Source of the DNA: Balanoglossus misakiensis
Lineage: Eukaryota; Animalia; Hemichordata
Assembly: GCA_040954595.2 (NCBI GenBank)
Contig: CM082576.2
Location: forward strand, 19,763,028-19,827,027
DNA length: 64,000 nucleotides
Direction: 5' to 3'
Positions 1 through 10,244 of this stretch are shown piece after piece. The notes beneath the pieces are model-generated. The model ran no database searches and had not been told where the DNA came from. It saw only the letters and a list, made by a program, of their open reading frames with translations. A program made the position numbers and the translations under genes. Within the stretch, counting starts at the first letter, position 1, and the number at the start of each line of letters is the position of its first letter.

Positions 1-437
1 ACCCATACTCAAAGGGTAACTTCATTTAATTGTCAGTAAATAAAATCAATTCACAGTCTTATTACATGTACTATTTATAATATACTCAAATTTCCACTAC
101 AAAATATCTGTATATGTGCGTTAAATTCTGAAATCTTTCCACCCAAACCTCTAGTTATGCAAATTTAAATTGCTGTCTGATGCGTTCGCCTACGGTTTCT
201 CATTTTCGGACATTCGAATCTAACTCCTGATTGGCCTATAAACTTATTTCTTTCATCAACACTTTCTAACCGTTAACCCGCTGTACCTCCGCATGTCTCC
301 ACAAGAGCTAGGAGCTCAGAATCGGATGAACGAGACAAGCGGTCTCTCACGTTTAGTAACCGTAACACCGTTAAAGGTAGGTTTTCATTGATTCTAATAA
401 GTCTCCGTTCATCAACATTTCAAAAATTCTCCATAAC
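1..437 (+). repeat. Partial second copy of the long-TIR element Z (internal end plus inner part of the right TIR), cut by the window edge
   Basis: 1-437 is a near-identical direct repeat of 6819-7261 (one substitution, a 6-bp indel and a 1-bp indel seen). Confidence 0.9.
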
Positions 438-630
438 CATCCGACTTCGTTATTAAAAATGGAAAGATTTGCGATTTGAGATTCGGTTACCATTTGCAAG
501 TTTGAAAGGAAATATTTCATTGAAGTACAGTGGCAACTACTGCATTATTGAGAATCTTTGAAATGTTGATGAACGGAGACTTATAATAGAATAAATGAAA
601 ACCTACCTTTAACGGTGTTAGGGTTACTAC

Positions 631-1181
631 TACGGCAACCGAGAAGGCTCATGAAATAAGAATACTATTTGCGACTTTTTTTTTTAATTCTTGTTCGTTT
701 TTGTGTTTATACTTAACATCTTAGCTTGAATTTTCTTTAACTTTGTTTTTAACTTTTAATTTCTGTTTAATTTTAACTTTAATTTTAACTTTAACTTTGA
801 TTTCGATTTCGATTTTGATTTACGAAATAAAAAACGATCTAGATTTTGATTTTGATTTCCATTTCGATTTTGATTTCGATTTCGATTTTGATTTACGAAA
901 TGAAGAACGATCTAGATTTTGATTTCGATTTCGATTTTGATTTTGATTTCGATTTCGATTTTGATTTACGAAATGAAAAACGATCTGAATTTTGATTTTG
1001 ATTTTGATTTTGATTTCGATTTTGATTTACGAAATAAAAAACGATCTGAATTTTGATTTCGATTTCGATTTTGATTTTGATTTTGATTTTGATTTTGATT
1101 TCGATTTTGATTTTGATTTTGATTTTGATTTCGTTTTTGATTTTGATTTCAATTTTGATTTCGTTTTTCCAACCTTTGAAC
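631..1181 (+). repeat. Left TIR with (GATTTT/GATTTC)n hexamer arrays
   Basis: Four GATTTACGAAATRAARAACGATCT blocks separated by GATTTY runs; reverse complement of 4875-5379. Confidence 0.9.
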
Positions 1182-2002
1182 TTGATACCTGTGGACCAAT
1201 AAAAAAGGCTTTATGCAAATATCCAGTATTGTTGAATCGGCTCGGAAGTGGGAAGACAAATCCCAGCAGACAAAACTCTGGCGTGGAACGTAGCAGACAA
1301 AATACGTAATCCACTTTAAAACTTCAATTTTGGACAGTAGACTTAAATATTACCTCAATTAAACTAATCGAAATTAAAATATCCTATATTTAGCTGGAAA
1401 AATCACGCCACGGATGGAAATCGCCGACGAAAAATATACTCCCTTCGCGACCGTGCGTTACTTCCTGGTTAAACATTGTGTAAAGTGTGAGGCCACTGTC
1501 CTTTATCAGCAAAACAATACACATGTATAGTCTTAAGGAGGATCATAATGACAGTTTTATGTTGCGACTTACAGGTGATTCTCTGACCATACCAATAGAA
1601 TGATGGGCCATTTACCACATAATTTGGTAAAAACCATAACATGAAATATTATTTAGTTTCAAACTAAAATAATTAAAAAATGCTCAGAGCCTTTAAACTA
1701 GTCTATGATATTAACATAAAATTCATGGATTTACTCAAACATTTGCATTAAAATGTTAAATGTAACTGTACGGCTCTAAGGCACGTATAAGCAGTTTGTA
1801 GCTTCAAGTGTTATACCGTCCCATTGTCCCTGTCTCTACAAGTTGACCCCATCCTCGATCAGGATAGCTGAAAATCAGAGGTCAAAGGTCAAATACGCTT
1901 AAAAAGCTGTTTTTGGCATAAATTTGTCTAAATGTCTTTAATATTTTGTGTTCAATCATTGCACATTTAGTTACTCTTTCACATGAAATAAAATGTGCAA
2001 AT

Positions 2003-2115
2003 CGATTTCGATTTTGATTTCGATTTTGATTTCGATTTCGATTTTGATTTCGATTTCGTTTTTTCAACCTTTGAACTTTAACCTTTGAACTTTAACCTTT
2101 GAACCTTTTAACTTT
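2003..2115 (+). repeat. Internal third copy of the TIR inner end, followed by a TTAACCTTTGAACT tandem
   Basis: GATTTY run then CGTTTTTTCAACCTTTGAACTT, as at 1162-1182. Confidence 0.8.
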
Positions 2116-3327
2116 AAGCGTTGGTGTTGTTGACGTGATGCGACGCGTTTCATCGTGTTTTGGATAGTCTTCGCTCAGAAATATCGTATCACGTAAGTTT
2201 TTAGTGTTTAAACTTCTCTGATTTCGCATGGCCGGGGTAAATCACGTGAATATAGGGAGGTCGGTACGGTGACCATAGCAAACGATCTTGTCCCGACGGC
2301 ATGATCACGGGCCCGGCACTTGCTACCTGCATAACCGTAGCGCGAGGTTTTGGCTGGGTTTGTGCATGTGGGTGGGTTGGCGTCCAACCCACAAGCCCAG
2401 CCAAAACCTCGAGCTACGGTTCTGCAGCTAGGCACATGCATGAGATGATTAGTAATGAACTAGCCATACTTGGCGAGTGTCCGGCTATGAAATGGCCGCG
2501 CCGCCTCCACCTGTTTTGGTGCGGAGTTGTGAAGCGCTAGCAGCGCAGCCATAGCCGGTTACTTGCCATACTATACCAGTACTACTAGGCTAAGTCACGA
2601 ACTTGCTTAGTGAGTCCTGGTACGTAGTAGTAGTAGTAGTAGTAGCCCAACGAGTAACTGCAGTACTGTAGACGGTTTTGTCGTCCGACGCCCAGGCAAA
2701 ACCTCGAGCTACGGTACTGCAGCTACCCTACGAGTACATTTCGAGATTGTCCAGCAATGGCTGCGCCGCTAGCGCCTCACAACTCCGCATCAAAACATGC
2801 ACGTTCAAAGAATGTTGACAGAAATGCGGGTCGGTTGAACAAACCAAACAATACTCTAAAGCTTGTGGCATATTAACTGCCTCGTAATTCATGCAAAATG
2901 CCCAAACTAGAAGTCATTTGCAGTGTCCTCAATGACCACTGAGTGACATCGACAGCAGCTTGAGTGACTTGTCTTTAGCTGAGTCAGGGTGTCGCTACGA
3001 GTATGGCCAGTAATTATTAGCTATACGACCTATTCTGACGTACGTTATAGAGCTTGATTATCATCTGCGGACCAGTTGGTTAAAAGTATCGCCCTATCCA
3101 AGTTTCAGTTACAATTTAAGTTTTATGTAAGAGTGTTTTGTTTTGGCGCGATTGTGAATGTGACCGCCATAGAGCAGTCCCTATGACATGTGGCAAACCA
3201 GGCAAAACCTTGAGTAGCTCTGCCATGCATTTACATTTGTCATTGCTGTTTACCTGGGTCTAAAAATAATTATGGAAAGAATCATTTTTAATATTCTTTT
3301 TATATCCTGTGCAGGTGTTAAGATAGT

Positions 3328-3425
3328 ATGAATATTTCGGAGTACCTAGAACATTTGGTTATACGAGGAAAGGATAACAAAACTATCCTTAAATATCTAC
3401 AGAAAGATCATGGCATTTCCTGGAG
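3328..3425 (+). pseudogene. Probable first coding exon of the IS3EU transposase (Clr5-like helix-turn-helix N-terminus)
   Basis: Acceptor TGCAG ending at 3314, ATG 3328, MNISEYLEHLVIRGKDNKTILKYLQKDHGISW, then AG|GTAAT donor. The GxxxxxILxxLxxxHGIS pattern resembles IS3EU N-termini (recalled, not searched). No DDE core seen downstream. Confidence 0.5.
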
Positions 3426-4874
3426 GTAATGTATATATCTGCCAATTGTAGTACCAGGGTATTACCTAAATATCATAAAGAGCACTAAAATGGCCACTCG
3501 TTGCTTTTAACTTTGAAAATGTCTTTTGGGTCCACAAGACATGACATACTGTACACACACATGTATGCATGTTGATTTGTGTCATACAAACCAATATGGC
3601 TGCTGGACGACCATTTTCTTACATTTTTAAGACATTGGCTTATTAATATTAACGAGTTTGTGTACATGTAGCTGTTTTTTGTATTTTTAATTTTATTGTT
3701 GACTCGTATGTCACCTGCAATTTAATTGCAAGCTTTAAAACTCAAAGCACTTTGTGGACAGAGATGTAGGCTGTGTTAGATAGTTAGAGATGTAGGGTTA
3801 TTTAATTGTTCAGAAGATGTAACGATGATGGTGTGAACAGTTTAGAAAAGCAGTGCTCCAAGCACAGCATCTTGGTCAAACTGTTACAGAGATGAATCTG
3901 TAGCACTTTGTAAGGCTTTCCCAAGACAAATGCTTCTCAAAACTGTTTTTTTATTTATTCCTGTAGTATTGCAGTGGAATAGCGGAGAGCAAGACATGGT
4001 GTATTTCCTTCACAATTCAGTCGGTTTCTTATACAATCGCCACCAAGATCAGCTTTTGCACACATGATGTGCATACAAACACATGCGTGCACACACACAC
4101 ACACACACACGTGTATACCCATGCACACTCATTCAGAGCGTCTCTCACTCTGATCAATTCCGTAAATAAGAGTGCCTATCAGCTTCAAATACAAAGTAAT
4201 TTGGTGGTGCGAGTTGAGACTTAGCTTAGCTATATGTATATTTGAATCAGACAATATGTGCAATATTGTAGCTATCTGTTGTGTACTTGATTGTTACCCC
4301 CCTTCACCCTCCAATATTTGGTATGGCCCCATTGTTGTCAGTGGTATGGTTGGACCTATGGACAGAAAATTAGGGTGAAAGGGTTTGGCGGGCTTTAGAG
4401 ACTTTTGATTTTTTTTTTGTACAGACTTGCATAGACGTTAACTTTTTCATTTTGCATAAAATTGCAAGCAAATTGATTTTACCCTGTTTGCTTTACTTTG
4501 TGGGTCCTTAATTCGGTTTTATCTTTAAAAATTTGTATTCTGTAACCTATTCCTATTCCGAATTTTAACCTTTTCTTCAGAATCGTGCAACTGCTCAGAC
4601 TATCTCAGATATTGTTATATTTTTAACAACATCCTTTTTTATGGCAAATAAATATATTGAAGTCTGAACCAGGTGTGGAAAAGTCTCTTCTGTCATGTAG
4701 GATGTGTTGAACATGAAATTGACCGTATGTGTTGTTGGTTTTGTTATGTTTTGTTGAAAGGCAGCTTTACGTCGCGATGAGGGGTCTTATGACACCAATG
4801 ATTCGTCACCAAAACTTTCAAAGGGGTGAAATAGCGCCCTCTGACGACGAACAACTGGTAGCTACAACGGTCAG

Positions 4875-5379
4875 AGTTCAAAGGTTGAAAACAAGAAATC
4901 AAAATCAAAATCAAAATCAAAATCAAAATCAAAATCGAAATCAAAATTCAGATCGTTTTTTATTTCGTAAATCAAAATCGAAATCAAAATCGAAATCGAA
5001 ATCAAAATCGAAATCAAAATCGAAATCAAAATTCAGATCGTTTTTCATTTCGTAAATCAAAATCGAAATCGAAATCAAAATCGAAATCAAAATCAAAATC
5101 GAGATCGTTTTTCATTTCGTAAATCAAAATCGAAATCAAAATCGAAATGGAAATCAAAATCAAAATCTAGATCGTTTTTTATTTCGTAAATCAAAATCGA
5201 AATCGAAATCAAAGTTAAAGTTAAAATTAAAGTTAAAATTAAACAGAAATTAAAAGTTAAAATCAAAGTTAAAGAAAATTCAAGCTAAGATGTTAAGTAT
5301 AAACACAAAAACGAACAAGAATTTAAAAAAAAAAGTCACAAATAGTATTCTTGTTTCATGAGCCTTCTCGGTTGCCGTA
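4875..5379 (-). repeat. Right TIR with (AAAATC/GAAATC)n hexamer arrays
   Basis: Mirror image of 631-1181, also with four blocks; hexamer counts differ between arms. Confidence 0.9.
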
Positions 5380-7485
5380 TACTACACCTGACAGACCGCT
5401 GGTCTGCGTCCGACCGATTCTGAGCTCCTAGCTCTTGTGGAGACATGCGGAGGTACAGCGGGTTAACGGTTAGGAAGTGTTGATGAAAGGAATGATTAAT
5501 TACATAGGCCAATCAGGATCCTGGAGTTAGATATTCGAGTGAAATGGTGGAAAAACGGGAATGCCGATTGGTTCAATTTAACCGGAGGGAAATTGCTACA
5601 TTATATGACGTCAGTTGCGAACGATAATGCATATATTAAGCTAAGGTTGAATCCGGTTTTTCCATCAAGCACAAGCATATTTCAGTCATAAAAAAACGAA
5701 GAGAATAACACTAAAAAAATATTTCCTTTTTAAAAACTTCACTATAGCATTATTATAATGATGTACGTCGTACATAAAATGATACACGTGACATCGACTT
5801 GTTCAGAGTTTTAAAACAGGTAGAGAGTGCCCATGGGTAACCCGAAAACACACAAACCGGGTAAAAAATGAAAGTCCTGCGAAGGCCAGGAGTATACACT
5901 GAAAAATTACAATAAATCTAGTACAAAAGTTTGTATCCTCACGAATAATTAACTCTGATTGCATAAGTTTATTTCCGTCTCATTACCTTCTGAAAGCAAA
6001 TCACTCACTTGCCGGTAAAAGTTGAGTAAAATACTACATCTAAACTGCATAGCGATGGCGGCCCATAAAAATAATTGCCCAGTGTCCCACTCGCAATGCA
6101 CAACTTTTTAGGCCAAGTGCTAATGATATTCGAATTTTCGAAGGTTACGCAATATACACATACATTTATAAATATTAATTTATGAACAATTTCCAGTGTT
6201 CACGCTGGGATTTCTTTCGTTCTAGTTTACTCGTTATATAATGTACCAATTCCCTCCGGTAAGTTGAGCCGATTCCCATCACTTTGAGCCAATCGATATT
6301 CATGGTTTTTCAGCATTTCAGTCGACTATATTTACACCTGTTGCATGTCTTTGCAGTTTTTGAATTGACGCTTACAACCGAGTCGCACCGCACGCAGTAC
6401 TATCTTGTTGTCTTCATGTTTAGTTGTTGTTTTGCGCACACTATTTGCACAAAAATATCTGCTCGTTTTGTTATCAACGATCGAGTATATGTTAGGAAGT
6501 CCGACATAGAGAACTTTGTTCTAAATATTCAATGCCCCACAAATGATATACTAGACTGCTCGACACAACACACCCCAGCCATACTCCATTAGTACACGCC
6601 ACAAACACCGTATTTATACAGCCTGAGGGATTTCAGCTTCGAACTTATTGCCCAATCATATTCGACTATTTCCAACCAATCCCCTTCTGACTAATTGACC
6701 AATCACACGCTTCGAGCATAATTTCCAAAAAAGGGAAAACTAACGAATTTGCTACATCTTTCCGGTTTCATCTTCAACAGTTTCTAACATTTGTTTGGAC
6801 CCCCTCCCCTCGATAAACACCCATACTCAAAGGGTAACTTCATTTAATTGTCAGTAAATAAAATCAATTCACAGTCTTATTACATGTACTATTTATAATA
6901 TACTCAAATTTCCACTACAAAATATCTGTATATGTGCGTTAAATTCTGAAATCTTTCCACCCAAACCTCTAGTTATGCAAATTTAAATTGCTGTCTGTTG
7001 CGTTCGCCTACGGTTTCTCGAGCTCATTTTCGGACATTCGAATCTAACTCCTGATTGGCCTATAAACTTATTTCTTTCATCAACACTTTCTAACCGTTAA
7101 CCCGCTGTACCTCCGCATGTCTCCACAAGAGCTAGGAGCTCAGAATCGGATGAACGAGACAAGCGGTCTCTCACGTTTAGTAACCGTAACACCGTTAAAG
7201 GTAGGTTTTCATTGATTCTAATAAGTCTCCGTTCATCAACATTTCAAAAATTCTCCATAACCCAGTAGTTGCCACTGTGCTTCAATGAAATATTTCCTTT
7301 CAAACTTGCAAATGGTAACCGAATCTCAAATCGCAAATCTTTCCATTTTTAATAACGAAGTCGGATGCCGCAATCACCAACTCACTTTTTTATCGGACTC
7401 CATCATTCTAATACTTTACTTCAATGTTCAAAAATTGTGTAAAACAATATCCACTCTCAATCTATTTTTCAGGTTTAACGGCGTT

Positions 7486-7755
7486 ATGGCATCCCCGGCT
7501 CCCGGTCCCTCATCCCCAACCAGCCAAGGCGTGGCACTGAAATTGCGCCTCATGGAGGATGTCGAGATCCGGAATTCCGCCAACGGGAAACTGTTTAGCG
7601 TGCCTTGTATGCAGCAGGATGGCAACGTTCTGGAACTTAAATTCTGGAAAGAAAATCCGAAGTGGCTGAACAGATTACAGAAGGGAGAATACGTACAGCT
7701 CCGCAACTTTTCCACTGGAAGAGATAATACCATTTGCCTCTATGATAGAGCAAAG
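7486..7755 (+). CDS. Exon encoding an OB-fold-like domain (90 aa) of an RPA/SSB-like protein
   Basis: TTTTTCAG acceptor ending at 7472, ATG 7486, ...GNVLELKFWKE...LQKGEYVQLRNF...RAK, then phase-0 donor AAG|GTACGT. Confidence 0.55.
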
Positions 7756-8172
7756 GTACGTTATAATCGCACCCCGTAACTTATGGGCCTGACTTTTTTT
7801 TTGCCGTAGTCATTTTGGGTATCTTAACCTCCCATCTTCTACATTTTTAGAAATTTACTCTACAAAATTGAATGACCCATTACATTTTAGAGACCTTTCC
7901 CGAATTCAACCGAAGCCCAATGGGAAGGTCTTCGGATGTAATCCAATATGGCAGCCTCCATGCGATCACGTACATTGAAAATCCATTTATATGATACAAC
8001 CATGCCTTGTCAACTCACCTCGGGTCAAAATTACTGCCATCGATTCATCATTTTGCAGTTCAAATTTTAAAAAGCAACTGACAAAAAACAACCACTCTTG
8101 CACTATTTCTCCACAACATTTACTACTCGTAATTATTAACATTCAATGTTTTCCATTTTATTTCCACTACAG

Positions 8173-8379
8173 TATGAATCAGTGACACATACATCGAATT
8201 CTACAAAGAGACGTAAACTGACCATAACTGATGGCACAAGAGATGCTGAAGTCAACCTTTGGGGTGAGAAAACAGCGCTGCCACTGGATGTAGGTGCCAC
8301 AGTTAAACTAGGCCCATTGGTTATCAACAGATATAAAACATCGTCCACATTAAATACAACAGCGACAACTGAAGTGGAG
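8173..8379 (+). CDS. Exon encoding a second OB fold (69 aa), RPA/SSB-like; the gene is truncated after it
   Basis: Polypyrimidine tract plus CTACAG acceptor; RRKLTITDGTRDAEVNLWGEKTALPLDVGATVKLGPLVINRY (RPA-type 'D-x-T/S...LWGE' strand pair); phase-0 donor GAG|GTGAGA. Confidence 0.65.
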
Positions 8380-8394
8380 GTGAGACATAAAATA

Positions 8395-9815
8395 CTGTTC
8401 CTGATGCTCCGTGAGAACTGTCAAGTAGCCACGGTTCTAGGCGACATAGGATGGATGTCCACGGTACGGGAGGAGGCCATGCATGTATACGGGAAGGAAA
8501 AGACCGAAGCCAACCTGCCCGTACCATCCGACGCAGCCATAAAAACCTGCACACTACCTCGGGAGTTCAATCCAGGCCGCGTACGTGGGGGATTCGTTGG
8601 CCATATCTCCCCGCAAGAGCCCACAAGAACCACCACCGCAGCTGACGACCTGGAGGAAACTTTGAGCATCTTCCGGGATCCGCAGCTGGAAAAACAGGTA
8701 CTCGGTGGCGACAAGGACCAGGCGATGGAGGTGTCGGAAGGGCCAGACCCACCCCGCACCCGTGTATCACCCCCAATAGCAGTAGCGAGAGACGGGGGAA
8801 ACCAACGGCTGCTGTAGGAGCCATCACCCCCACGCCAAGAAATGCTGCCGCTGCAGTCACTGATCAACCCATTGGAGCTGGAGGCGACGTTGGAGGCGGG
8901 GGAATATCTAATCCCCTGGGAACTTCGACGCCACCCCGGCAGCCCTACTAGGTCCAGATCCCCAACCCGGTCGCCGCGACCGGAGCGTTCTCGAGAGGAA
9001 AGGCGGGACCGCCCACCTTCCCGTGAACGACCATCCTTTTCACGCTGGGGAGATCTCAGCCCCAGACGTCGATCACCGATCCGGTATCCGACGCCGGAAC
9101 CGCCCAAAGAAGACGAACGCCGCTGGAGGAGCGCCAGGCCGGCCCGAAGGAGCCCCCTATCTTCTGTTCCACATTACTCATCAGGCCCTTCTCCATGTCC
9201 GTTCCCGGGAGGCCGGAGGTCCACGCGCAAACTGAAGAAACACGCCTTTCAGTGCCACCTTCCAGTTATTTTTACTGAGAAGCCGGTAGTATTCCGCGAG
9301 TGGGACGCGGTGGAGGCGTTAGAGAAACTCACCTATACTGGCTGTGTGGTCCAGGAAATGAAATACCCGACCTGCTAGACTTCTATATCCGCAGGGGCGG
9401 ACCTGGACGGATCCCTACGGAATCCTTTTGTTCACCGGAGTCCATGGTGATGATGAAGCGCCTGTGCGTCTTCCAGGGGTGGGAGGTGCCGAACAGGTTA
9501 CGACTGAGCTCCCCCACCACACCAGCGATTCTCATCCACTGGCGTGTCCTTAGCATACTGCTGAGGTGGGTATCCCAATCACGACAGGAAGAATTCCGGG
9601 AAATCCGACCTCACCGGAAAACATCATCAATCCGGACACAGCAACCAGAGAGGACGGGGGCGGAAGCAGTCGCACAGAATCCATCGACGCAGGGGGAGCG
9701 AGGACGCGCCAGGGGTTTTTGATGCATTTTTTATCCCCCAAGCGTGCGCGGAGGAGTGCCGAGTGGAAGACACGCCCACCACCATAGATGACCTCACTGA
9801 CTACGATGTTGGTGT
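8395..9815 (+). pseudogene. Decayed GC-rich ORF fragment, probably retroelement-derived (RS/RP-rich linker, CP..KKH...CHLP motif, PAILIHWRVL motif)
   Basis: ORFs 8146-8817 and 8842-9378 share a frame, separated by a TAG. Further frameshifts lead to 9300-9722 and 9566-9787. GC content rises abruptly relative to the flanks. Confidence 0.5.
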
Positions 9816-9821
9816 CCCCCC

Positions 9822-10025
9822 TGTTATGTTTCCATCAACATGGGAATAATAATGCGATCATAAGGTATAACAACAACCTATTTATTGATCGGCTGAAAAG
9901 ACTCAACAATGTGCTTCGCCTTATCTGGGCGGAAGTGACGTCGTACAGCAATTCATAAACAAGTGGAACACCAACAATGCAACACTAGAGGGCGCTATAT
10001 TGATCGTAGCTGTCAGAATACTACA
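9822..10025 (-). repeat. 3' LTR (204 bp)
   Basis: TGTTATG...TACTACA; one mismatch seen versus 14499-14702; PPT (TTAAAGAAGAGGGGA on minus) at 10026-10040. Confidence 0.95.
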
Positions 10026-10244
10026 TCCCCTCTTCTTTAAGATAAATTGTTTCAAAACTTTTTTTGAATACGAATGTCACTGTGAATTGTCCTGTGCAAA
10101 CTCTGCATTCATCTTGAATCAGTCTTTGTCAAAATCAAACGCAACGAACATGAAAAATACTCTGGGAAAAATGTGATAAATTTTCCTCTGTATAACTCAA
10201 CTTTCTGTGGAACAAATGGCGTATCTCAATATCAGAAAAAGCTA

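Larger units (their letters stand above)
631..5379. mobile_element. IS3EU-type DNA transposon, defective or internally deleted, with about 500-550-bp TIRs
   Basis: Termini TACGGCAACCGAGAAGGCTCATGAAA / TTTCATGAGCCTTCTCGGTTGCCGTA; 6-bp TSD TACTAC at 625-630 and 5380-5385. TAY..RTA ends with a 6-bp TSD are IS3EU hallmarks. The host element is continuous across the insertion. Confidence 0.8.
438..7367. mobile_element. Non-autonomous long-TIR DNA element 'Z' (termini CATCCGACTTCG...CGAAGTCGGATG), about 2.2 kb without the nested insertion; superfamily not assigned
   Basis: 438-542 is the reverse complement of 7263-7367 (1 mismatch). Weaker inverted homology continues through 543-630 plus 5386-5540 versus about 7035-7262, reading straight across the 631-5379 insertion. 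No TSD recognised. Confidence 0.7.

Noticed and set aside
992-1314. ORFs with DF/KS/NQ dipeptide runs (also 1882-2067, 4729-5055)
   Set aside because: Translations of the GATTTY hexamer arrays in the TIRs.
8146-8817. 223-aa ORF as a single protein
   Set aside because: Chance fusion of intron, OB-fold exon and an unrelated GC-rich fragment across a GTGAGA donor.
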